Source: Tubiluchus corallicola
Taxonomy: Eukaryota > Animalia > Priapulida
Length of the DNA stretch: 64,000 bases
Assembly: GCA_030141605.1 (NCBI GenBank)
Contig: JAQGDQ010002366.1
Span: 752,660 to 816,659, forward strand
Direction: 5' to 3'
Below are positions 13,093-26,382 of the stretch, piece by piece (within the stretch, counting starts at the first letter, position 1; the number at the start of each line of letters is the position of its first letter). Below the pieces are notes generated by a model. That model did no database searches. It was given only the letters and a program-made list of their open reading frames with translations, and had not been told where the DNA came from. Both the position numbers and the translations under genes were made by a program.

Positions 13093-14676
13093 TCATGCAT
13101 CACTGTAATACCGTTTCTTCATAGCGCGATATTTACGCAACTTGTACAGAGCTTCTAGTTCTTTCACTACATATTCACCACGCATAATCAACAGCTCGAT
13201 TTGCTCAGGATCTTTAACATCTTTGTTTTTTGTAAAAGCTGCTTTTAGTCGTTCGTGAAAATATTCGGCACCTTTCGGATAATCTCGTCCGAGATAATGT
13301 AACTGAAATTATACAAAAATTTTAATAGAAAAGAACAGGTTATTTTATGGTTCTGCCTGATCTTTTCCATTTTACTATAAGGTATCAGGAAAATATGAAT
13401 GTAAAATCAATTTTAAGAGAAAGAAATACAGCAAGAAAAAATCAGACCATTTGAACAAACTGGTCACTCCATGAAACATGCCTTGCCTTTTTAATCCATT
13501 TATACAGTGGCTTAAAATAATTTCCTAAAATAGCCATCTATTACAACTGTTTAATGAGCAATAAAATTTTTTACACTTCCAGCCAATGATGATAAGTGTG
13601 AAAAGGTCAAAGTGAACTAGACAATACATTTGTGTACACATGACAACGCCTCGCAGCAGATGCTATTGTGATAGTAACAGCTTTAACAGCTAGCTAGAAG
13701 ATGATCTAGTTCATTTTTCTTGTTCCCCAAACAAGATCCTGCTAATAAATCATTCTACACAGAGACTGATGCATAACTGATGCAAGAGACGGCTTTGCTT
13801 TACACACATGTCACGTGACGATTGTAGCTAAGACGCGTTGCTGTGGTACACTTAATCTTTAACCTACAGCAACGGTGTGCGCTCGATGAAATTGTGAAAA
13901 GCCTTATTCTATTTGCAATTTGTAATTCTATTTCTAATAGCAACAGCAGATGCAATGACGTTAAGTAAATGCATATATTGACGATACATGCATTTGTCGC
14001 ATTTCCAGATATTTTGTGCCAGAAACCAGTTAGCAGTGCAAAAGCATTAATCTATTGGCCACCAATGATATTTCTTCAAAATCAAACATTAGCAAGCTGA
14101 CATTGTATCTGGCCGAAGTGTTGAGGCATGTTTGAATGTGAATGCACACTGCCTCAACAATCCAGATGAAATCAGTATGGTGAATGAAATCTAAGATTAA
14201 AGCTGACGGTTGGCCACCTATTCATAGACTAGCTTTCACGCAGCTTTAATTGCTAATATTCACTAAGCAGTGAGCAAACAGTCACTTTGGTCACTCCGGA
14301 TCTTTCCTTGCCATATAAATCAAGATTTATTTAAAAAACCTCATCGTCTTCTTCCAAAGAAAGGAATTTTTTTAATATTTTAGGCAGGCTTTTCTGGCAG
14401 CTTTAACATCATAATGCTAATTTCTAACAATTATTCAACAACAATCAATTTTAATGAGCTGTAGACATTAAACAAACAGAACACAACATAAATGCTTCTA
14501 TATACGTTAACACAGTACCTAAATATGACATATTGTAAAGTTCATGTTACCACTTACATCACACTAGTAGTCATAGCAGAAAATGTTATTTAAAATATGC
14601 ATGGTAAAATTTTACATACATTTTTATAAAGCTGGATAACTCGACTACGAAGACTAGCATGAATTTGTGACGACAT
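13093..14676 (-). CDS. ETFRF1: ETF regulatory factor 1 (LYR motif protein 5), 88 aa, 2 coding exons
   Basis: Exons 14676-14620 ([19 protein letters not shown]) and 13302-13093 ([69 protein letters not shown]), joined by a phase-0 GT-AG intron. Very close to recalled human LYRM5. An upstream acceptor at 14735-14736 implies a non-coding first exon. Confidence 0.95.
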
Positions 14677-14875
14677 TTTTGTGCTGTTTTCACCTTAATG
14701 TGCCGTGTTGGATATGCATAAACCTAGTTTTAACCTGCAAAAACACAATAACACGAAAAAATCTTCAAAAGTTTGATTTAAGAATCGCCACGATAATTAA
14801 CTATAAAAAGAAAGAAACCAATGCTCCTTGATCATAACTAATTCCCAGCAATTAGCCTAATCCAGTTTAACCCAA

Positions 14876-15110
14876 TTAGCACATGCAATGGTAGCTGGAA
14901 CAAACTGAACTAATCACCACAAAAACATTATGAGAGTATTCAAAGTCCTTCAGATTGTTAAAAAGATTTCTGATGTACACATGTTTTCTGATGTATACAC
15001 CATCCTTTATATACAGCTTGCTAAAATATCTAGCGTAATCTAGAATTACGACATTTTTCGTGTCAATGAAATGACCAGTATCCCAAAAGTGTTGGGCCAA
15101 CTCTTTAGCT
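14876..15110 (-). mobile_element. Penelope-like element GIY-YIG endonuclease C-terminal relic
   Basis: AQHFWDTGHFIDTKNVVILD resembles the AxHxxxxGHxxDxxNxxIL motif of PLE endonucleases. Confidence 0.5.
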
Positions 15111-15561
15111 GCCTCACTACACTAGCATTAGGATGAAACAATAAGTAGGATTTCACCAATTTTTATCATTTATAATAGTTATTCAGAAATTATATGCTTA
15201 ATAAATGTTATCTCTTCACTTAAGCTATCCTCAGAACTGCAATAACAAAGAATTACCGAATCTCAAGATTAAAAGAAGAAAAAACACAGACATGCAGGAC
15301 AGATATCAATTATGTATGCATACAATCTCACACATACAACTTAATACACATTCATTTGTTCACACACTCACATACAATGTAATCAATTATCAGTTCTCTC
15401 ATGCACACATATTGTATAAATACTCATTCAAATGAACAACACACACACACAAAACTTCATGCACAAACACTTACTCATACAGCCACCCACAATGAATGTA
15501 ATCAGTGATCCTGTCATGCACAACTCATACTCTTTATTGTAATTATGTGAGTGTGTACTAA

Positions 15562-15564
<3 letters not shown>

Positions 15565-15599
<35 letters not shown>
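15565..15599. repeat. (TA)n microsatellite
   Basis: Directly visible; abuts the 3' end of the LINE relic. Confidence 0.95.
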
Positions 15600-15601
<2 letters not shown>

Positions 15602-18240
15602 TCAATGTTTTTCAAAGATATGAATCGAATTAGCAAGTTTTAAGCTGTTGGATAGTAAATTTCAAGTTTTTGGTCCAATATTAGAAATGAATTGTTTTAC
15701 AACAACGGTTCTTAGCTGAATACTCTATTAATTAAATCGAGTATTATATACTTTATTATTTATTTAAACCGGATTGTCAAAAAAGTTGGAAGTGAGTTTT
15801 AAACATAAAAATTGAAACCTTACTAATATAATATATATATTATACTATAAAAATAATATACTAAATCATCAAATTTTAAAATTTTACAGTTTAAAAAGTG
15901 GGAGTTATTAACTTCTGCATGTTTGGGCAAATTATATAAAATCCCGATTAGATTCATTATACTAGTGGGGTAAAGTTAAACATCCTTACCCGGTGGGGTA
16001 AGTTAGACCAAAAAATAACTGAATAATTTAAATAAGGAAATATATAAGGAAATGAATAAGGAAAAATAAGGATATATAGTATAACCAACAAAGCAGCACA
16101 TAGATTTTGACTAACACGGGAAATTGTTCCAGTGTTTTTTGCAATTTTTGTGCTAATCATATTCATATTCCAGCTCAAATTATCATTAATTATCGCCCCA
16201 AGAAACTTAATTTGGTTAAACATGCTATTTGGCAAATTTGGAAAAAACAGTAGCATTCTGAGAATTGAACCTTGTGGAACTCCATGGGCAATTTCTATGG
16301 GACTAGAAATAGTATTGTTACTGGTGACAGATTGTAAACGAGTAGATAAGTAACTCTGAAACCAGCCACAGACAATTCCTCCTCAAAAATAGAGTTTACT
16401 CATCAAGATATTAAGTCACAGGCTTTTGACAAGCCATGGAACACACCAGCAGTGACAGAATTTTCCTCAATAGTATTCACAAGCTCTTTACATAGCGATA
16501 CAAGTGCAAGTTCGCTAGAGCATACTTTACGAAATCCAAATTGTTTGGTGTTAATTATACTATGCTTTTTCAAATAATTGTTTAGTTGATTGTACACACA
16601 TCTCTCCAGAAGTTTAGAAAAATTGGCAAGAGTCAAAATGGTCACTAATTATACATACAAGTTGAATCACCAGATTTAAATAAAGGCGTGACTAAAGGCT
16701 ATTTCATTTTATCTGGAACTATGCCTGTACCAAGAGATAGACTGATTATGTAACTTTGCGGTGTTGTGATATATTGGATAACATCAACAATTATTTTTGG
16801 AGAAAATCTATATATATTAGAACTTTTATTTGGATTTAAATTTTTACTTGAGCTAACTATATCATCATGAGTAACAGGTTTAAAATAAAAGGAATCTGTG
16901 TAATTCCCATAAAGAAATTGATTACATTTAACATCAGTACATTCAATTTGGTTAGCAAGTTTTGGCCCAATATTAATAAAATAATGATTAAAATTTTCAG
17001 AAATCATTTGATTATTCATTACAAATTTATTTTGGATTTTAAGCCTGATGAGTGTAGAATATTAGATTTATTCATCAATTCCTTTACAGTATTCCAATTT
17101 TTTTAGTATTTTTGGCATATAATTCAAATTTCTTTCTATAGTAATTATTTTTTGTATGTTTTAATAAATTATTTAATTTGTTATGACATTTTTTATAGTT
17201 AGTAGTTTCTAATGTAACACGAGTTTTCATAACAAATTTATATAAACGGTATTTTGTATGACTGACTTTAATAAACCAAAAGGAATCCAAGGTTTATGGG
17301 GATATTTGAATCATTGACAATTTTTTGTTCTTTAATATGTCGTGAGTAAATACTGCTAAATTTCAGGCGAAACATGTACATACATACATGTATATTAGCA
17401 TCATTATTACTTAACACATCATACCAACTAACATTACTTAAATCATGTATTAGAGCATTTTAATGTCATTATGATACACAATTTTATTGCCAGAAACATG
17501 AGTGAGTAATGGAAAACACAAATTAGTTAATAAACACACCGGTAGGTGATCAGATATACCTGTTAGAAGAAAACCAGATTAAAAGTCAATCTCAATTGCA
17601 TTGGTAAATACGTTATCAATAAGTGTGGCAGTGTAATCTGTAACTCTTAGTAGGGCGAATTATATTTGGGAACACATATTGACATAGCATAGTATTCAAA
17701 TAATATTTGATATGATCGTGTTCAGAACGGGATAGTAAATTTATACTGAAATCTCCTAAAAGAAAAATAATTTTACCACTATTATTAACATCAGTCAAAA
17801 TATTGGACAATTTATCTGTAAATCTTAGAGAAGGCTGTTACCTAGTGGTCGATATATACATCCAAGTACCTTACTTTTATCCTTGTTACAATTAATTTCA
17901 ATGAATAAAGCATCAATATCATCACCAATAACACAAAGATCATTACATTGGGTGCACGAAATATAATCATAAATAAACAGTGCCACTCCACCCCCTTTTT
18001 TTATTTTTTCTATTCAGACACAAAAACCTATAGTTGGACAGTATAAACATATGACCTTTTTCATTTTTTAACAAAGGTTCGGTAAGTGCGATGACAGGAA
18101 ACTTAAACTTAATAATTTCCGGGTAAGCAAAAAAATGGTCGAAGTTTGCTTTGAGACTACGAACATAAAGATGTATTAAAGTAAAAGGATTATTGGGTAA
18201 TCCTTTTAGTTCTTTCATCACCCTTTTAACACTAATCAAT
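15600..18240 (-). mobile_element. Degenerate near-full ORF2 of a CR1/L2-group (Crack/Daphne-like) LINE: APE endonuclease plus RT
   Basis: Collinear broken ORFs: HLYVRSL..IALTE and LGDFSINLL (APE), FNHYFINIG, QFGFRK, LSKACD, GVPQGSIL, KFLGAIINDNLSW, PYLNYSVIFW. Many stops and frameshifts. Confidence 0.88.
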
Positions 18241-19459
18241 AATTACTTTTGCGCTTTGTAATATTATTGTACGTTGTCTGTCAGGATCAATATAACCATC
18301 GTAGGGCGCAGAGTACGCCACTAGCCGAAGTAGGACACGTCCGCTAAAACGCATACATGTGCTAAATTTGCAGAAAAGCAGTGTTGTACATGGACAGCCC
18401 AAGTAGGACACTGGCGATTTCTGTCGAGAATCGATAATTACAACATAATGAAACATAAAACTAAAGTTATTTTAGAAAAAAAGTAACTTTATAATAATGA
18501 TGGATAATCCTTGACAATTTACAAATGCATTTTTCACAATATATCATTATTATTAGCTCCATTAATATAATCATAACACTAAACTAAATATCTAATGCTT
18601 TAAAGCAAGAAACTATGTAGGGCACATAGCTTGCTAGCCCATTTACCTAGTAGAAACAATTATTTGCCCAAGACTAAGAGGCAGTGAAACGTATCACCTA
18701 TCTGTGAAGCGAGACAAAATAAAAAAATGATAGACTTAAACAAATGTTGGTATTACCTAAAAGGCGAGCTTATTTTACTTCAAAAAGATTAATAGCAAAG
18801 CCAAATATAATATTGGCCGTTCTACTAGCTCAGAATAAGATCCTTTAAGACTTTATTACCATTACTGTCAAAGGATAGAGGTTAAGCATAAATAGCTTAT
18901 AAACCTCTCCACTCTTCCTTGTTTACTTTATCAATATTAAAAATACAATATTATCAGATGTATAAAAAATTATTCAACGTGTATTGACGTTTTCAATTAT
19001 TATTATTAAATAAACAATGACAACTGACGCTGCCAGTACGATTAACGATTCATTTCAGGACCTGTCTCTAGTGTCCTACTTGGGCAGCCCATGTGCGACG
19101 CACCCTACTTGTGCTAGCCCATCCCAACAACCATTATTAGTTATTGTCGAAATTAAAGTCATTTTCACTGTCATCATCAAATACCTGTAAGTTGAAAGCA
19201 TTATTATCCAGTAAGTTACCAAGGTTGGAAAATCTAGCAAAAAATTTAAATTGATCCTCGTCAAGAATATGATTAAAATAAATGGATTAGCCTCCATTAC
19301 ATCCCGGAGCTTAAATTACTTACGAGTTTTCAGAGATTATTAAAAGTAAGTTACAGTGACACACCACTAAACTTTTATTTTACTACGTATTGCAGCAAGA
19401 ATTAGTTAAGTTTTGATGATCATCAATTATTATGAATAAAATGTTTAAATGTTTATCAT

Positions 19460-19800
19460 ACAAAAACCTCCAGCACGTGCAAGCTGCGTGCAAACAAGAC
19501 TCTTGTTGCACCCTCTGACGGACGCAAACATAAAGTTTGCTTAAACACTGGATTTTATTTAAACTTTATTTGTTAATGTCAATAAGCTTTCAATCATAAC
19601 TTGATTGCCTGCTATAATTTTTAAATTTTTGCAAAGTTTTTATGTGTCAGTTTGTTTTATTTGTACAGCTTACAAAATGCTTTCTTGCAATCACGTGACG
19701 GCAAATTAGCGTCATTGGCAACAGGTTACAGGTACTTTAATTTCTCCAGCACTGTGCGGTGAAAACTGTTTCTATATAGTATATTTAGTTTAAGCGGATT
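19460..19800. promoter_or_regulatory. Candidate bidirectional promoter for ETFRF1/DNAI7 with an X-box-like site and E-boxes
   Basis: Locally CpG-richer. GCGTCATTGGCAAC at 19709-19722 (RFX half-site TGGCAAC), TCACGTGA at 19691-19698, CACGTG at ~19474. Lies between a minus-strand GTAAGT donor (19323-19318) and the DNAI7 ATG at 20046. Confidence 0.4.
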
Positions 19801-20045
19801 TACAAATCGTTACAATCGTATAAAATTATGTACGACTCGCCAGTTGTATTTTTCAGACTACACTTTGGAAAGATTCTTTTTGTATCAATGCTGTTAACAG
19901 CAGCACATTTTATAACATTAGTCCTATATAAATAAATTGCGCCGTATCAGTGTATGAGTGTAGCATGACTTGATATATTCAGCTTCGCCATCTTTATGAA
20001 CTTGATGAACATTCTGTAGCGAAATAGTTACGTAATTGGTGCACT

Positions 20046-23000
20046 ATGGGGGTAAGAAGGTTGCGGTATGAGTTGTGTTACTGCACTTTAAATTAGTCTT
20101 GTAGTTGTAATGTAAAAAAGAACTAGCAACATATCTAATGTAAAGTCGAAGTGGTTTAGGTTTGAAATTGTTTAATTTCATTTTCTTTAATCCAGTAATT
20201 CTTACAACTGTTTTTGTACATCCTTCCATGCTATTTATGTTGTAAAGGCAATGATCTAAGCTATGCCTTGTCCTGTAAGTGCCTTGTTCTCTAGTTTTCA
20301 ATAGTTGAAATAATTAATAAATAATCAGCACAGAGAAAAAAGCCATGGCTATAGAAAACTGAATGAGAAGCTGTCAAATGCAGCAATAATTAAACATTCA
20401 TACAACAAAAATGTTGGTGGCAATTAAAAATAATGTGTTAACTAGAATTGCATTTTAGTGCTTCATCTATTATGCCTATATACTAATCTGTACCTAAAAT
20501 ATTTTAAAGGAAAGCTAAACAGATTAAACACTGACCAGCTTAACTGTGCAGCTGTTGCAGTGACATTTGCCGTCACTAATGTAAACCAAAAGTTGTGAAG
20601 AAAATAACTGGCACTGTAATTAACATGCCATGCAATATAAAAAATCAATTTCACAATTAATTAGAAGCAAATTAAGCAACACTCAGCAGTATGGCACAAA
20701 TCAAGGTTGTTAGGTAATAGGTAATTTCATCTACCTAATTTTATCTGTATTAGGGATATATCTTACCTACTTTACCTGTCTGCATGATCAGCTGTATTAA
20801 TTTATCTCTATGAATATTATACGCATATCGTGTTTCATCACATCTTTGAGTAATTTGATTTAAAAGTTTTGTTACATTGTGTCTTTTATTACTCTGTTTA
20901 GCCAAAGAAAAAGAAAAAGCTCTCTAAAGCTGCTAGACTCAAAAAGAAAAAATTGGAAGCTGCAAGAAGAGCACAGGAAGAAGGTATTATTTGCAATTAA
21001 TGGTTTGATTTTCATTTGTTTCTAATTTGCTAAGTTGTTTGTTTAAAAATTAGCTTCTAATTTATTTGTTTTTCTTTCTTTCTTTTGTTCGTTCTTTCTT
21101 TCTTCCTTTCCTTCCTTAAATTCTTTGTTTTTCATCTTTCTTTTTTCCTTCTTTCTTCGCTTTATTCAGTCTTGCCCTGAGTTATTCACTCATGCATTCA
21201 TTGACTAGTTCTTCATTTTTTTCATATATTCATTTTTTTTAGTTGCACACACACACACATACACATACACACTCAACATGAATATTTTTCAACATTTTAT
21301 GACCATCATTTGTAAAAATGGCAAAATTATTATACTGTGTCATTAACTGTAAGGATTTTCAAATTTTATAATCTTGTCGTGTGCCTACTTTGTCTATGAT
21401 ATACTATATGCAATGTCACTTATAATTCTTGTATAGAAGAAGCCAGGCTTCGAGCAGAACAGGAGGAGTTGGAACGACAAGAGCGAGAACGAGTCGAAGC
21501 AGAAGAAAGACGGAAACAAGAAGCTATTGTAAGTAATTGAATTACTAAGCAAATGTGATATGCAGAATACTAGTAACAAATTTTATATTTGTACTTCATT
21601 TTACATACTTTACAGGTTTACATATGCATGTTATCACTCATAAGTGTAAAGTATCACTTGAGCTATATACATATTTAAAATGTGAATACAAATTGCAGTT
21701 TGAAACCAATAAAATTAAAAAAAGTCTTTGTTGTTTTCCAGTTTCCTTTTATACGTAATTTCCTTTTTAAAAACTACGTCAATTGTTAATCTGTAATTTA
21801 ATCTAATTACTAATCCATTATAAATTATTGTTTGGAATTTGTGCGAAGGCAAAGATAAGATGTGTGATATTGCAGTATGAAAAGAGAAAAATTACGCTTA
21901 GGTTGAAAGCATTGTTATACTTTTTTTACACATTTCAGGAGCATGAGATCTGGTTGGTTCAGAATGCTGAATTGGAAACATTTCTTGATAACTATAATTC
22001 AAAACTAAATGATTTCAACGACAAACGCCGGAAAGATGAAGCGGTAGTATAATTTATTAAAACATGATGAGTGCCTGAGGTATTGCTGTGTTATTGCAAT
22101 ATAACTGTGAAATCAAGTTTCAATTTCAATAAAAAGCAAATATTAATTATTGTAAAGAAATATAAAGTAAACTAAACCGAAGCAAAGCAGTCAATTTGGG
22201 TCAGTTAAATCTTATGAGATCTTTTATCTGTGTTTACATATTTCAGTGGAAGCGATATATGGATTGTTGCGGATTACCGGATCCAACCATACCTGGAGAA
22301 ATTAACACCTACATAAATCAGTGGAGAGAGGATTCCACTCATGACCACATTGATTCAGTTCTACACGAAAGCGTAAAGGTCCTTAAGGTAGTAATATGTC
22401 CTGCTGTAATCCATTCATGTGTTGTATAATATAATGTTATTTACTGCTTAAGATATTTACTACTTAAGATATCATTCAGTTGACGCACTGTGCAGTTTGG
22501 AAGCAACTGTAAGCTGTACTTGAATTGCATTACAGAACTGTTAAGGACGATGAACAAAATAAATTTAGAAACAAGAAACACTTTTCTTTCTTTTATTCAC
22601 CGACCTATTTACTAACCTGACCCTGCTTAAATTTACACCTGAGTGTAAGAGCACTATGGCTGTGACTATGCACTTCAACTGTGCCAACACTCCCCTTTGT
22701 CGCATTGTTTACATCCTACTTGTGACATAGGCATTTTTGCTTAACTATTAGCTTCCACCCAATCTGGGCGTCCTGTTGTAGTCCGCTGTAACGTTACCAA
22801 CTTAAGCTGATGAGTCTGTTGCTATGAAACTTCTTTACTGTTCTCAATAAAATAGTTATTTTGGCTAAATATGTGTAGTTGTAGTGTTTCCTGTTAGTGA
22901 CTTTACATGAGCACACAGGATGACCACCTGGTTGTTTGGTTGTTGTAGCTAGGATAATTTTGGACCTTGATATGCATATTAGCTGATTGCTTTCAGTTAG

Positions 23001-26000
23001 TGTCAGGATATTACAAGCTTGAGCAACTTTTTGGGAAGTATTTTTTTTGTCTAAGAGCTCTTGTTAGGAAACAGTGTCTCATCTCTTGACACATAATTAG
23101 TGGGCAATGGGGCGATGAAATGTTGGTAGCTCAGCATAGCTTATTCTGATTATCTTCTCTAACAAGTGATTACCCGCATTTAGTGATGTTTGTCGGTATG
23201 TGTGTGTCTATCTGTCTGTCTACGGCCATATCACGTTGAAAACACCGGTTCTTGTCTGATCACCAAAGTTAAGCAACGTAGAGCCTCGTTAGTACTTGGA
23301 TGGGTGATCACCTAGGAATACCAGGTGCTGTAGGCTTGCGGGATTGCTCAGCCACAGTTGACGCAGCAGCTCCATCAATTTGATCAATAACTGACTCTCT
23401 TAGCGCACACTCCATTGTCTTCCGAGACAGAAGGGTGACAACAATATCTGTCTCTAAGGTCTTCGGACAGGTACAATAAAAAGAAGTTTCATTCACCAAA
23501 CTTGGCACAGTGATGGGTCTGCAATGGGCAAAATAAGCTAGTTGCTTTTTCTGGTTCAAAGACACAAGATAAAAAAATCAAAATAAACTTGTTTTTACCC
23601 ATGCACTGAATTTCATGACAAAGCATAGGCCTGTTTTCATTGTAGTTCTTATTATTTTTACGTCAGCTCTAACTTCATTTAGCTTATAGATGAATTGGAT
23701 TACAAGCTTGCTGACCTACCTAACGAGGGCAATAATGAACTCCGCACTGAGTGCGAAGAAGTTTCACTGGCATTACAAAGCTTACTTCAAGAAAAGCTAG
23801 ATGCTGCTACCTATCATCTATTACTGGTATTGATACTTTATTTTTATTATATTATGGGTTCTCATTTACGTTGAGCTTTCCACTATGTTTTTAATTCTTT
23901 GTAAAGTTTCTGATTTTTAGCGGCTGTGCTGGGATTTCTGGGAATCACTGCAAAAACAAATTTTCTTGCTCATTACAAATTAAAACCTAAAACCTGGGTT
24001 TAATATATACTGTTTTTAGCTGTTTAAGATTATTCTCTACTAGATATATATAGTAGTCTGCTTACAATAGTACATTATTAAAGCCAGTGTCATTCTGACA
24101 TAAAAGCTTGAGCAGCGTGCATTTTTTTATTCGTTTTAAATATATGACACCAATTGAAATGCATACTCGTCTTCACGCTTATGCTTGACTTGGTTTAAAT
24201 GGTTCTTTTACAGGAAGCTTCAAACTTGGCTGACTCAGATACTTTGAATATGGAGAAAGTTTATGGCAATCAACATATTCAACTTTGTATTTGGGGAAAT
24301 ATCAGCAAGAATCCTAGGTGCACTTTGACATTAGTTATGTCATAGGAATGTGAGATTTGTTCCAGCCTTTTTAGACAAATAATCATCTTTTTTGCCGTTG
24401 CCTTACACCATAATGCCGTAAAAAGTGTCCATAAGAAAGAATTGAAGAAACAATGTTTCACTCCTTTGTGACTAATAGTTTTTCCTACTGGGTGAGAAAC
24501 AAAAAAGGTTAAAAGTGCTTTAATACACAATCCACAAAACGGAGAAGAGCGGAAAGAAACACAAGAATCACTAAACGTAATCATTAATTCTAAGAATACA
24601 CAACACCAGATAATCAACAAGAAGACAGCAGAGTGGCAGAAATAATCAGTAAAAACCACATAATCAGTCCTATAATATGTCCTATTAGTGCTACTGCATT
24701 TTTAGTGATTTTTCGTGATATTTTGTGCTTCGCTGTTATTTAGTATTGTTCTAGGTGAATTAGTAATTGTGTTAGACTTTTTTTGCTTCTTGGTGTGACT
24801 TTTTGTGTTACCCCTTTTGTTGCCAGTATTGGAACTTGTAACAATGATACTTAATGCTAACATACAGTAGGCGCCGCTTAATAAACTCATGGTTAATAGA
24901 CTCAATCACTTAATTGACTCAAAAATGCCTGGTATGAGCCACTTCTGTTCAAATGTACATAAGAACTGTCGGTAATTGACTCAAATAATTCTACATAATT
25001 GACTTTTTTGCTTCACATGCTTCAGTAAGACACTTGTATGACTAATAAACTTTTGCGACTTTTACATCATCTTAGTTTGCTTTTGTCCTATAATATATAT
25101 AAAAACAATCATGTTAAGTACCGTTTTGTTTGCAAGCAGGAACGTTTATCCTGTGCTAATATGCTAGCCTGATGGTTTCCTTTGATCCGCCCGTCCATTA
25201 CAATTAACCTTGTTACTCAAGAATTCCTGGAAGCTAAACATTTAATCACTTGCATAGCGGTTTGCTTTTGAAGTTCTAGCTGTCTTAGCCAGAAAGTTTA
25301 ACAGTTAGATGTTGCTGTTATGCCAGGGATGCAGGTACAGTACAGCAAGTACGTCACAATTGTAGAAAGCGGGAACTTAGCTGAAATTACAGATGAAGCT
25401 ACTTGCGGGGAAAACACGGCACCACCAACAGTTTAAGCACACCAAGCACTAAGTATAGTATGAAAATTTGTGCATCATACAACAACAGATTTTCAACGTT
25501 TTTATCATTATGAGAACTTTATCAGCCAACTTCTTCGCGATAAAATGAAGCAGCCGACTTTGAAGAAATTTTTGTAAGTTTTGCAGATGAACAGACTTGT
25601 GAGATTTAGAAAACTATACTTTTTAATTTATTGCTAATTCACTTATATAAATTAATATTTTAAAACATTTTTTTTCTAACTTTTAACTGCACAAAAGAAT
25701 TTAGGCATTACTTTATTTCTAAAATTCATTAAAATGCAGTGCATACTAACCTGATGGCTCATACTTCTATACCAGTAATACTATACCCTTCAGTTAATAG
25801 GTTCAGTCGGTTAATTGACTCAAAACACTTCGGTCCCAAAGTGAGTCTATTTAGCGGCACCTACTGTATTTGATTCCTTTACACCTTCACTATTTTTGCA
25901 ATTTTGTACCAGTTTATAATCACGTTTTGCTTTTTCTTCATATATAGTGCTGTTTTCTGAAAAAAAGTAAGCCAAATTCTTAAGCACTGCCACAAAATTG

Positions 26001-26305
26001 TGTTTTTTTAATTTGATTATAACTTTCACACTTCTGAGTACAAATTTTTTAAAAAAAATCCAACCAGTCCTGTACTAAGAAAGTAAGTGTCATCAAATAA
26101 GTATCGTCATAAAAATAAGTTTAAGTTTAAGTTTAAGTTTATTGTCATATAAAGTACATACAAGTATAACAAAATTATTATTATTTACAAGCGCAATAAA
26201 AATGAACTATAGCACGTAAAAAATTGACTCTATAGCTTAGATATTTTGATGACATGGAGGTGTTGAAGTTCACTGACTTATTCACCTGCTTATGTTGCAA
26301 TGACG

Positions 26306-26382
<77 letters not shown>

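Noticed and set aside
23218-23337. Functional 5S rRNA gene
   Set aside because: Single intronic copy with CpG-decay substitutions, no Pol III terminator and a flanking TSD.
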